This document shows, piece after piece, positions 23,276 to 34,765 of a stretch of 64,000 nucleotides of DNA (position 1 is its first letter; each line of letters begins with the position of its first letter). Both the position numbers and the translations under genes were made by a program. The notes under the pieces are model-generated. The model had not been told where the DNA came from. It worked only from the letters and a program-made list of their open reading frames with translations, and did not search any database. This DNA is from Mobula hypostoma (Eukaryota). The stretch lies in the NCBI RefSeq assembly GCF_963921235.1, contig NC_086109.1, positions 16,370,001 through 16,434,000 on the forward strand. Direction: 5' to 3'.

Positions 23276-24823
23276 AAACCCCTTCAGAGGGAGAATTTGC
23301 AAACTCCACACAGATAAAACCTGGGTCACTGGAACTGTGAGGCAGCAGACTTATGTGTAGAACTGCTGATTACAGACTGCTGCCCACAGGTGTTTTCAAA
23401 GTGCAGAGATAAAGGCTGGGAATTATATGTTTGGAGCAAGTTCTCTTCCCTTCTCACAGTGTAAAAATGATGCAAGTCCTCAAGCAAGCTGTCATTTCTA
23501 ATAGCACTGGGGCACTTTCTTCACCAGGTTATTAAAGAAGGCAGCTCACCACCACCATTGTAGAGATAATACAAGCGAGGTAATGAATGCTGGGGTTGAT
23601 GTTCTATGAACACAGTACTTGTCAACCTTGCAGCAAAACAAAAGGACAAAACTGACTGAACAATCCACTTAACCATGTGTGGAAGAAAGGAGACTGTATA
23701 ATTATCAAAGCAGACTGTTGTTTGAATTTACTACAGAATGTGTTAATGATTTACTAATAAACCAACATCTGGCACAATGGTTGGAAATTGCTGAGCATGA
23801 AAATGCTCAGGAGGAATAGAATTACACATTCGGGATCTGAAAGGGGCCAGGGATGAAAAGTATATAAAGGGTCATTGTCTGATTCATCACTTATCCTTAC
23901 CACAACACTCCAGGGGTCAGGTGTTGAGTGTGAAATCTATGTTTTATAGATTGATAAGGTGCAGATTTAACATCTGACATTATGGTGTCTCTGAAGTGTT
24001 TGGATTAGCTTTAGGGTTTCAGTGAGGTGTCACTCTAGACATCCTTACAGATGAAAAGAAATGCACCACAGTACATCAGCTAATTGGAGGTGTGATGTGG
24101 CAGTCTGCCAATTAGAATTAACGGTACCCAGTCTTCGTTGGTGGGGGTGAGGTAAGTGACAGGACTGTGTGGAGGACCTATTGATGGAGCCAGCAGGTGG
24201 CTGCTAGAAGTTGTGGGGGCTTTTAATTGTGGGTATCTGGTTTTTCATAATTGGGATGTATTTTTATAAGTGTGGACTTTAAATCCACTTTGATAAGATT
24301 GCTGGTGTATATGGGTGTTGGAATACGTGCAGAGGTCATTTACAAGGATGTTGCCAGGACTTGAGAACCTGAGCTACAGGGAAAAGTTGAATAGGTTAGG
24401 AATTTATTACTGGAGTATAGGAGAATGAGGGAGATCTTATAGAAGTTTACAAAATTATGAGGGGTAGAGAAAGGTGAAAGCATGCAGGCATTTTCCCTTC
24501 AGCAACACACACAAAATGTTGGAGGAACTCAGCAGGTCAGGCAGCATCCATGGAAATGAATAAACAGTGGATGTTTCGGGATTGAGAAGGAAGGGGGAAG
24601 ATGCCAGCGTGAAAAGGTGGGGGGAGGGGAAGGAGGGCAGCTGGAAGTTCATGGGTGAAGCCAGGTGGGTGGGAAAGGTCAAGGGCAGAAGAAGAAAGAA
24701 ACCAATAGGAGAGGAGTGGACCATAGGAGAAAGAGAAGGAGGAGGAGGCCCGGGGGAGTAAAAGGCAACACTCACAACACGCTGGAGGAACTCAGCAGGT
24801 CAGGCAGCATCCGTGGAAACGAT

Positions 24824-24861
24824 CAGTTGACGTTTCGGGCTGGAACCCTTCGTCAGGACTG
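24824..24861 (-). ncRNA. Minimal hammerhead ribozyme motif (PLE)
   Basis: Reverse complement CAGUC-CUGACGA-AGGGUUCCAGCCC-GAAA-CGUC-AACUG. Confidence 0.75.
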
Positions 24862-26194
24862 TAGAGGGAAGGGGCAGAGGCCCTATAAAGAAGGTGAGGG
24901 GAGGGTGGGAAGGAGAAGGCTGGTAGGTTCCAGGTGAAAAACCAGTAAGGGGAAAGATAAAGGGGTGGGGGAGGGGAGGCAGGGAGGTGATAGGCAGGAA
25001 AGGTGAAGAAGGAATAGGGGAAAACACAATGGGTAGTAGAAGGAGGTGGAACCATGAGGGAGGTGGTAGGCAGCTGGGGGAGGGGGCAGAGTGACATAGG
25101 GATAGAGGAAGGGAGGGGGAGGAAATTACCAGAAGTTGGAGAATTCTATGTTCATACCAAGGGGCTGGAGACTACCTAGACGGTATATGAGGTGTTGCTC
25201 CTCCAACCTGAGTTTAGCCTCATCATGGCAGTAGAAGAGGCTATGTATGGACATATCTGAATGGGAGTGGGAAGCAGAGTTGAAGTGGGTGGCTACTGGG
25301 AGATCCTGTCTGTTGTGGCGGACGGAGTGGAGGTGCTCGACGAAGCGGTCCCCCACTCTGCGTCAGGTTTCACCGATGTAGAGGAGGCAGCACCAGGAGC
25401 ACCAGATGCAAAATGACCCCAACAGACTCACAAGTGAAGTGTTGCCTCACCTGGAAGGACTGTTTGGGGCCCTGAATGGTGGCAAGAGAGGAGGTGTAGG
25501 GACAGGTGTAGTACTTGCACTTACTGGGATAAGTGCCAGGTGGGAGATCCGTGGGGAGGGACGTGTGGACCAGGGAGTCGCGGAGGGACCGATCCCTGCG
25601 GAAAGCAGAGATGGGTGGAGAGGGAAAGATGTGCTTAGTGGTGGGGTCCTGTTGAAGGTGGCGGAAGTTGCAGAGGATAATTTGCTGGATCCGGAGGCTG
25701 GTGGGGTGGTAGGTGAGGACAAGGGGAGCTCTGTCCCTAAGCACCTCCGCTCCATCCGCCACAACAGACAGGATCTCCCAGTAGCCACCCACTTCAACTC
25801 TGCTTCCCACTCCCATTTAGAAATGTCCATACATGATGCTAAACTCAGGTTGGAGGAGCAACACCTCATATACCGTTCAGGTAGTCGCCAGCCCCTTGGT
25901 ATGAACATAGAATTCTCCAACTTCCGGTAATTCCCTCCCCATCCCTTCCCCTATCCCTATGTCACTCTGCCCCCTCCCCCAGCTGCCTATCACCTCCCTC
26001 ATGGTTCCGCCTCCTTCTACTACCCATTGTGTTTTCCCCTATTCCTTCTTCACCTTTCCTGCCTATCACCTCCCTGCTTCCCCTCCCCCACCCCTTTATC
26101 TTTCCCCTTACTGGCTTTTCACCTGGAACCTACCAGCCTTCTCCTTCCCACCCTCCCCCCACCTTCTTTATAGGGCCTCTGCCCCTTCCCTCTA

Positions 26195-26231
26195 CAGTCC
26201 TGACGAAGGGCTCCGGCCCGAAACGTCAACT
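26195..26231 (+). ncRNA. Minimal hammerhead ribozyme motif (PLE)
   Basis: cagtc-ctgacga-agggctccggccc-gaaa-cgtc-aact. Confidence 0.75.
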
Positions 26232-27136
26232 CATCATTTCCACGGATGCTGCCCGACCTGCTGAGTTCCTCCAGCGTGTTGTGAGTGTTGCTTTGACCCC
26301 AGCATCTGCAGATTATTTGGAGTAAAAGGCAGGTGAGAAAAAAGCAAATTACTAGGGAATAAAGGAAGGGGGAGTAGATTTGTCTACTGGAAGAAGAAAT
26401 CGATATCCGTGCCATCAGTTTGGAGGGTACCTTCAGGTTGGTTGAGACTAGAACTAGAGGTCATAGGTTTAGGGTGAAAGGTGAAATATTTAAGGGGAAT
26501 CTGAGAGCACTACTTCACTCAGAGGGTGGTGCGAGTGTGGAACAAGCTGCCAACGGAAGCGATAGATGCGGTTTAAAATTGTAACCATTTAAGAGAAGTT
26601 TCGATAGGTACATGGATGGGAGGTGTTTGGAGGGAAATGCAGTGAAATTCCTTACTCATGTGAAGGTCTCCAGTGTTTATCTGATTTCCACCTTTGAAAA
26701 TGTTGACTGTTGTGTTGACCGTGCTTGCAAAAACACTTTCTCACCCCACACCCTGTCCCCAGTAATATTTGCGCAGAGCTTTAATTCTGTGCCCTTCAGA
26801 GTTTGTCCCTTCATCTTAAGATCTGAGAATGGACAACCTCATTAAAATCATTTCAAATGTAATTACAGACATTTATTTGAAAGCTTTGTCTTTTTCATTT
26901 TCTAATTACTGCATCATTTATTTCTAGTGGAGTTATGATAGTGCATTGGGAAAGGCTGTTCCCTCTGGCAAGAGTGTTGTAAACCAGAAGAGGAAGATTG
27001 AACAGAATTTCTAGATGATCCAGAGGGGACTGCACCAAATCCTTTGAATTGTTAGGGTCAGGAATACTCTGGCTAAAAGCAGATTCAGTCGTATTCTTAG
27101 GAAGGGAGTTGGATAAAATCACAAAGGAAAGAGTGT

Positions 27137-27400
27137 GATGGTAGTGTAGTGGTTAGCTAAATGCTTTACAGTTCCAGCGGCCTGGGGTTCAATTCCCGCA
27201 GTGTTTGTAAGCTCTCCCCATGACTCCGGGTGCTGCCATTTCCTCCCACAGTCCAAAGACATAACGGTTGGTAGATTATTCGGTGATTGTAAATTGTCCT
27301 GTGATTAGGTAAGGACTAAATCGAGGTGGGGGGGGGAGTTACTGGGCAGCGTGGCTCGAAGCACTAGAAGGGCCTATTCCACACTGTATGTCAATTAAAA
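27137..27400 (+). mobile_element. HE1-type V-SINE
   Basis: A/B boxes, ttcctcccacagtccaaagac, gaagggcctattcc tail. Confidence 0.8.
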
Positions 27401-27720
27401 ACTTGAAGGGCAGTATAGGAAAACCAGGATAGTAGAAATCATCGGTCAACTCTTAAAAGTGCACATGAGGGTACAGTTTTTAGTATATGAGGGTACAGTT
27501 CTATAAGATATTTTGGGTTCAAGGTGAAGAATAGAGCTGAAGCAGTTTGGGAAAAGGATTTGGTCTCACTTCATTGGCATGACCACTGTCTTTTGTTGAT
27601 CATCACTGCTGGTTGTGTAATATTAATTGTTCTATTGTTGGTTTTGTATTATGTTCCTGTGTTACTTATCAATGATTAATGCAGGCATGACCTGTGCAAC
27701 TCTGATTTGTTGTTTCTTAG

Positions 27721-27744
27721 ATATGAGATCGGAACCACTCAACG
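27721..27744 (+). other. Candidate 24-nt microexon of an unidentified host gene
   Basis: Acceptor tttgttgtttcttag, donor ACG/gtaagt, length divisible by 3, open in phases 1 and 2, non-repetitive flanks. Confidence 0.5.
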
Positions 27745-27839
27745 GTAAGTGTGAAATAAATCTTGTCTTTAATGCAACCCATGTGCAGCCCTATAGTTAG
27801 CAATTCCTATAGGTGACAAACTTACTTCCTCTAACACTC

Positions 27840-28038
27840 ATCAAAGTTGCTGGTGAACGCAGCAGGCCAGGCAGCATCTCTAGGAAGAGGTATAGTCGAC
27901 GTTTCGGGCCGAGACCCTTCGCTTTGAAACGTCGACTGTACCTCTTCCTAGAGATGCTGCCTGGCCTGCTGCGTTCACCAGCAACTTTGATATGTGTTGC
28001 TTGAGTCTCCAGCATCTGCAGATTTCCTCGTGTTTGCG
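27840..28038 (+). mobile_element. Short palindromic PLE pLTR-derived insertion
   Basis: Inverted arms meeting inside the hammerhead (gacccttcg-ctt-tgaaacgtcgac); TSD ttcct(c/t)taacactc at 27826-27839 and 28039-28052. Confidence 0.9.
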
Positions 28039-28324
28039 TTCCTTTAACACTCTCCACATTACACTTTGCTGATAGCACACCTGTCGTTATGAACAGTGCC
28101 TATCATTCCTCATGGATCATGCCAGTTGATTTTTTAAATTCCATTTTCTCCCTCTTCTGTTTCTCTTTTTACCTAAAAAGGTAATATAAAAAATAATTTA
28201 AACTAACAACCAATGCAAATTTACAGTGACAGCTTGTCAATGTGTTTTTAGGAACATTGGACAAATATCTGTAGAACTGTGCCCAGTCTTGTTGGGACCG
28301 CAGTCTTTCTGCAGTTGGTTAGGG

Positions 28325-28404
28325 CTGGGGTTCCCAACCTTTTTTAAGCCATGGACCCCTACCATTAACTGAGGGGTCCACAGACCCCAGCTTGGGAACC
28401 CCCG
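28325..28404. mobile_element. hAT (Charlie-like) MITE, 80 bp
   Basis: TIRs ggggttcccaa / ttgggaacccc; 8-bp TSD ggttag(g/a)g; related copies at 51009-51074 and 52063-52143. Confidence 0.8.
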
Positions 28405-29287
28405 GGTTAGAGTGATGGAGAGATACAATACAGAAATAGGCTCAACCTCGTCTATCCCAGGTATCAAAACACTCAATTGTGCTCATAAAAAAAATAAATC
28501 CGATTGCTATTCTTCCCTCAGTTCAAAGTATATTTATTATCAAAGTATGAATAACTTATTCAACCTTAAGATTCATCTCCTTAAAGGCAGCCACGAAACA
28601 AGAAACCCATTAGAATTAGACCAACAAACACCCAAAGTGCAGAAAGAGAGAAAAAAAACACAGATTTTCCAGATAATAAAAGTAAGCGATTGCACTCAGA
28701 ATGAAAGTGAGCCCATAGACACAAAACCCGGAATAGCCTCAGTTCATCACACAGCGGAGCAAACCACCATGGAGCTTCCCCCCTGGAGCAGCCAGAGCAG
28801 GGCACAGCCTCGGGCTCGGTGTAGTGAAGAGCGGAGTAAATGCCGTGGAGCAGAGAGCAGAACTGGCCTGACCCTCGACCTCCAGTCCTGATACCCTGCG
28901 TTTTCAATCCTTATTACTATCACCACCCGATTACAGACTGAGGGAAATTTACAATACCCAATTGACCTACTAACCCTTGTGCCTCTGGGATGTCGATGGA
29001 AACTGGAGTACCTGGCAGAAAAGGGAGAGTCCAGGAAAACCCATGGAGTCACGGGAGAAATGTTTGGACTCCACGCAGATTGCAACCTTCCTGAACTGCT
29101 TGTCCCACTCCCATCATGGAGGAAGCTACATGGCATCCATGCCAGGTCCAGCAAACTGAAAAACAGTTCCTGCAAGCTTCAACATGTCCAACCACCAACC
29201 CTCCTACCACACCCCCACACCTCCACTACTTTACTGTTTCCTTCAGAGTTACCTTATGTACAGACACTCCTGTACCTAATGTCACTT

Positions 29288-29292
<5 letters not shown>

Positions 29293-29320
<28 letters not shown>
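29293..29320. repeat. (TA)n microsatellite
   Basis: Direct observation. Confidence 0.95.
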
Positions 29321-29323
<3 letters not shown>

Positions 29324-29599
29324 ATCAATTTATGTATGTAAGCTATCTGCAGTATATTTATTGTGTTCTTTATCTTCATTTTTGTTCTTCATCATATCTG
29401 GAGTAACAATTACTTCATTTTCTTTTACACTTTTGTACTGGAAGTGATGTTAAATAATCTTGGATCATTGAACGATCTTGAACCGAGGCCAAGATTGAAC
29501 CCCGGTTCTTTGGCACTGTGAGGTAGCTCCTCTTCCCTTCACTTTTGAAGCTGCTTTACCTAATCAATAAATCACGCATGGCATGACTTTCATTTTCAG

Positions 29600-30545
29600 A
29601 ATCAGGCTCATTATCGATGTCTTATGAGGCGAATTTGTTGTTTTGCCGCAGCAGTGTAGTGCAAGGCATAAAATTAAGATAATTACCAAACAAATAATTA
29701 TGGCAAGCAAAGGAATAATGAGGTAGTGTTCATAGACTTTTCAGAAATCTGGTTGCAGATGGGAAGAAGATGTTCCTGAGTGCAGGTCTTCAGGCTCCTG
29801 TACCAGCTCCTTGATGGTAGGAATGAGAAGGGGGCATGTCCTTAGTGATGAATGCCACCTTCTTGAGGCACTGGCTCTTGAAGATGTCTTCAATGGCAGG
29901 AAGGATTTTACCCATGATGGAGTTGGCCACCAAACTAGGCTGTGATGCAACCAGTCAGAATCCTCTTAACCATGCATCTATAGAAATTTCCGGAGTCTTT
30001 GGTGACATGCCAATTCTCCTCAAAACCCTACTGAAGTAGAGCAGCTGGTGTGCCTTCGTTGTGATTGCATCAATGTGTTGGGACCAGGATAGATCCTCTG
30101 TGATATGGATACCAGGAGCTTAAAGTTGCTTACCCTTCCTACCACTGACCCTTCAATGAGTTCTCTCAACTTCCCCTTCCTGAAGTCCACAATCAGTTCC
30201 TTGTACTGCTGGTGTTGAGTTCAAGGTTGTTGTCACAGCACCGCTGAACTATCTTGCTCCTGTATACCTCCTCATAGGCACCTGAAATTCTGCCAGCAGC
30301 TCTGGTGTCACCTGCAAATTTATTTTTGCTGTCTTAAGTGTGTGCTTTGCCACACAGCCATGAGTATGTGAAAGGCAGAGCAGTCGGCCAAGCACACAGC
30401 CTTGAGATGCCACTGTGCTGGTTGTCATGGAAGAGGAGATATAATTACCGATCCGTATTGACTCTGGTCTCCTGATGAGAAAGTCAACGATCCAGTTGCA
30501 GAGGCCCAGATTTAGAAGCTTGGTGATTAATACTGAGGGGATGCT
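29600..30545 (-). mobile_element. Degenerate Rex1/Babar LINE 3' part
   Basis: Similar to the reverse complement of 16100-17200; related fragments at ~32130-32690 and ~41705-42320. Confidence 0.7.
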
Positions 30546-32985
30546 GGGATGGTTTTAATAATTAGCCATGAGTGTTTTTAAATCAATTCAATATTACAGT
30601 GTGACGGAGATTCAGTGTTCACTGAATTCAAGCTAGACAGCACATGAAGTAATGACATTGCCTTACAGAAGATGGCAGAGGGCAAGGGAGAGTGGTCAGA
30701 GGTCTCGCAGAGAGTGAGCAGCAGGAGCTGGAATGTGAGGGGATACTGGGCCTCAGTTAGAGGAAAGGCACGAGAAGGTCCAGGGGTTGGTGGCCTGTGT
30801 GTGTGAGGGGGTAGCAAGGTGGAAGGGGGCTTGTTTGTTCTCTTGTTTTGTTCTGGTGTTGTTGCTGCTTGTGTTGTGTGTTGTGTGTTGTGCTGAACAT
30901 TGTGGGCAGTGCTCTGTCGGTGCCAGAATATGTGGGTATGTTGGTTGTTAGTGTAAACTACGCACTTCACTATGTGTTTCAATGTACATGTAATAAATAC
31001 ATCTGGCTCTGAATTAACAGAGAAAAGGAATAAGAAAGTGGCTGGGGCTTGTGGTGCTGAGTGAAGAGGGAGAGGGAAGACTGAAGGAGGAAATTGAAGG
31101 TGGGGAGTGTGAGCTACGAGAAGACTAGAGTGGATATGTGAGGGAGATGTGCCAAGGAGATGGGTAAATCGTGTGTGTGTGTGTGTGCGCACGTGCGTGC
31201 GTGCACGCGCTCACGCCCTGAAGGGCAGTGCACTGAAGCATCCATCTATGCAAAGGCTGCGCGACAGAAGCTGGTCTTCATTCAAGAATCCCTTTGTCAT
31301 TAGACTAAATCTCAGACTCACCCTGCGTTAAAACATGCACAGGCCTCTTCCCTCAGAACTGTGATGAACACAAATCATCCCAGATCTCCAGGGACTGCCT
31401 AAGAAAATGTCAGGCCAGCAAGGATCTGCTTTTCAAAATTTAACTTTCCTTTCAGAATGAAAAAAAAGAGGATACCGGCAGATTCAGCATTCATGTTTTT
31501 ATTTTGTATTCCTTGTGTAACATTGATTTAATAAGTATGTATTTCTGCTGATGGTATTGTGTCTCCATGGACCAAAATATGATGATAGATCTCCTTTGTT
31601 TCTTTCAGAATCAGATGAGATGGCACACTTCAATCTATTTTAAGTGAACACATATTTCACTGAACTAACAACATGCCCCAGTTGTAGTTTATGCCACTAG
31701 TTCATCATTATAATGTGCTAATGTCCAGGTCAACGGTGAGGGGCCTCCAGCCTTAACATTGATGTTGAGAGGCAGACCCCAGCTAATGGGGTCTTTTTTT
31801 TGACAGTGGGTATATTTAAAGCAAAGGTTGATAGGTTCTTGATTAGCAATGTGTCAAAGGTTATGGGGAGAAGACAAGGGAATGGGGTTCAGCGGGATAA
31901 TAAACTAACCATGATAGAATGGCAGCACAGACTCAATGCGTGCAACGGCCTAATTCAGCTCCTGTGTCTTTTGTCTTATGGATTTCCCCTGAACTTAACT
32001 CAATAGTGATGTTTTTGATTAAAACCCCACTTCACATTTGGTAAATGCCTTGGGCTGCTCTTTGTAAGGAGCCAGCATTGTCCTGAGGATTACCAGGGTC
32101 CCCACAATCCAGGCAGCTGGGACAGAATAATTATCACTGACTTATTTTGTGATTTGTTTTTGTTTTGGTGCAGCAGTGCAGTATTAGACACAAAAAATAT
32201 GTTACAAAAAATAAGCAAATAGTGCAGAAGTGGAAGTACGAGGCAGTGTTCATGGATCATTCAGAAATCTGATGGCGGAGGGAAAGAGGCTGTTCCTAAA
32301 ACACTGAGTGGTCCTTCAGGCTCCTGTACCTCCTGCACTGGTAGTGGTGGAAAGAGAGCATGTCCCGGATGGTGAGGATTTTTCAGTGATGGATACCACT
32401 TTCCCGAGGCACTGTCTTTGGAAGTTGTCCTTGATGGAGGGGAGGGTTGTGCCTTTGATGGAATTGGCTCAGTCTATCTCCGCAGCCTCTAATCATGCAC
32501 GTAGGAGCCTCCATATTAGGCTGTGATTGCAACCAGTCACCATGCTCTTCATTGTAAACCCATAGAGTCTTTGGTGACATACCAAATATCCTCAAACTCT
32601 TATTGAAGTGTAGCCACTGGTCCATCCTCTGAGATGGTGACACCCAGGAGCTTCAAGCTGCTTACTCTCTTCACCATTGACTCCTTATTGGCTTGTGTGA
32701 TGATTTTATACTTTTTTTCAATTTCTTTCTATATATTAACTGTCTAACCACTTCATCTCATGCTTTTAAAGCTGCAACTGTTAGCTGCTTGACGGCGCTG
32801 TGTAGTCCAGGTTAGGAAACACTGCAGTAATGAGTTTAATACAGCTATTATAGCTTGGGGCATCAGAGCTTAGAGTCCATTTGCTGTCTGTAAGGAGTTT
32901 GTAAATTCTCCCGGTGACTGTGTAGGTTTCCTTTGGGTGCTCCGGTTTCCCACTGCAGTCCAAAGACATACTGGTTAGTAAGTTA

Positions 32986-33165
32986 CACACATCAAAGTTG
33001 CTGGTGAACACAGCAGGCAGGCAGCAGGTCAGGACTGACGAAGGGTCTCGGCCTGAAACGTCAACTGTACCTCTTCCTAGAGATGCTGCCTGGCCTGCTG
33101 CATTCACCAGCAACTTTGATGTGTGTTGCTTAAATTTCCAGCATCTGCAGAATTCCTGTTGTTTG
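32986..33165 (+). mobile_element. Short palindromic PLE pLTR-derived insertion with hammerhead core
   Basis: 15-bp TSD ctggttagtaagtta at 32971-32985 and 33166-33180; ctgacgaagggtctcggcctgaaacgtc at centre. Confidence 0.9.
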
Positions 33166-33206
33166 CTGGTTAGTAAGTTAATTGGTCATTGTAAGTTGTC
33201 CTGTGA

Positions 33207-33587
33207 CTCATCGTCATTAGGTCGCATCTGGAATTTCCAGTTGGCGGATTTATTCTGACATATTGGGAAATCATGTACCTGGCAGGTTACAGCAGTGGTT
33301 TGCCTTTGCCTTCTGCTGGGTGAGCTTAAAGAGATCACCACCTTTTGCAGTGGATGACCAGGACGTCTAAGAGCCTTGTTGTGCTCTTAGCGCTTCACAA
33401 CACCTGCTGGCCTGCTTTCTTGACTGTTGGACCATTAATTGGTCTCCTCTGCTCAATCCACCATGGCCAGACTTCACACGCTGGGATAGACAGATCCTCT
33501 ACCCCACTAAGGGTCGAAGACCATTCGGCCACTCTCACCTGGTTTGGCCCATCTGCCGAGACAGTTTACCGGGGTGTGGCCGCTGCA
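33207..33587 (-). mobile_element. RTE-related short non-autonomous retroelement
   Basis: 8-bp TSD tcctgtga at 33199-33206 and 33588-33595; ggcaaaggcaaaccactgctg and tgacgatga-type tail on the minus strand. Confidence 0.6.
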
Positions 33588-34321
33588 TCCTGTGATTAGG
33601 CTAGGGTTAATAGGTGGGCTGCCGGTGGCACAGCTCATTGGGCTGGAAGGACCTGTTCCACTATCTCTAAGTAAATTTTAAAAAGTCTATTTTCAGTATG
33701 TCATCTCTGCTCTCGAGCTGAGTGAGTTCCACTTCCTACCAAAGGCTGTTCAAAGTGATTAGGAATCAGTCCCTGTAAAAAAATTAGTGACCTTTCAGTC
33801 TGTGCTTTATTGCAACCAAAATATTTACTTGGCCTTCAGATGGGAAGTGATCTGAACATAATGCTTTTTCAGGCAAGAGAACTGTTATTTCAGGAGTTTG
33901 CTGTTTCTTTGCTTGAGGTAATATTGAGCATTGTCACATCCCTTTGATGGATGCTGGCTAGCTTGTAGGGCTACTGGGCACAACATGAATTGTGCCCATG
34001 CCATCCACAGCCAGTGTCTGCAAAAACCCAACGGAATAATAATGTAAGAAGATGATTGTGGGAACTTCTGGAACCTGCACCTTCAACTGCACCTTCATTC
34101 AGTGAGATCTTCTCTCATCAGTGTGGTAAATCCTGCGATGTTGTGTCAGATATTTTTTATTTCTCGGTATTGGACTAGACTGTGTGTGTGTGTGTGTGTG
34201 TAAAAATTAATATTCCAGCTAAGGCACCGACAGATTGTTGGAATAACTTATTTAAAGTCTTTCCTAAAGAGTTTCACACAAGGTTAGATAAAAGGAGAAA
34301 TTTGAGAAAGTGAAAGGGACA

Positions 34322-34765
34322 CTCTAACTTCTAGTAGTTTCTACCCCTCCCCCTTTGCTCTTTTCCCATTCCCCATTCTGTCTCCCCTGCTTTCTGGTAG
34401 AAAAGAAAAACTTCACATGTTTGGCACCCTTTTCTTCTCCTCACCTGCATATCACTCCATTTGGGTCCCCTCCTCCTTTCCTTTCTCCCATGGTCCTCTT
34501 TCATCTCCTATCAGATTCCTTTTTCTTCAGCCGTTGCCATTTCCATCCATTAACTCCCAGTTTTTCACGTTATCTTCCCCCTCATCTGGCTTCACCTATC
34601 ACTTGCGAGCTTGTACTCTTTCCCCTCCCCCCCACCATCTTTTTATTCTGGCTTCCCTTTCTGTTCCTATCCTGATGAAGGGTCTTGGCCTGAAATATTG
34701 ACTCTTGATTCCTTTCCAAGGATGCTGCCTGATCTGCTCTTTCTCCAGCACTTTTTTGTGTGTTA
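34322..34765 (+). mobile_element. PLE 3' UTR/pLTR fragment with decayed hammerhead
   Basis: Pyrimidine-rich UTR, then cctgatgaagggtcttggcctgaaatattgac and gatgctgcctga. Confidence 0.8.

Larger units (their letters stand above)
24768..26318. mobile_element. Second PLE subfamily, inverted-duplication insertion
   Basis: Inverted arms ~24768-25337 / 25741-26291; 13-bp TSD ggagtaaaaggca at 24755-24767 and 26319-26331; GIY-YIG remnants (LEEQHLIYRLGSLQPLGMNIEFSNF). Confidence 0.9.
24320..26640 (+). mobile_element. CR1 3' fragment split by an older PLE fragment (24503-24754 + 26332-26429)
   Basis: CR1 sequence at 24320-24502 resumes at 26430; ccttcag repeated at 24496-24502 and 26430-26436. Confidence 0.75.
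32820..33682 (+). mobile_element. V-SINE interrupted by two younger insertions
   Basis: V-domain to 32985, resumes at 33166-33206 and 33588-33682. Confidence 0.75.

Noticed and set aside
27466..27502. Short tandem duplication atgagggtacagtt
   Set aside because: Two copies only; ordinary local slippage.
31171..31215. (TG)n/(GC) alternating tracts (also 34181-34201 and 47608-47650)
   Set aside because: Common microsatellites; Z-DNA potential alone is not evidence of function.
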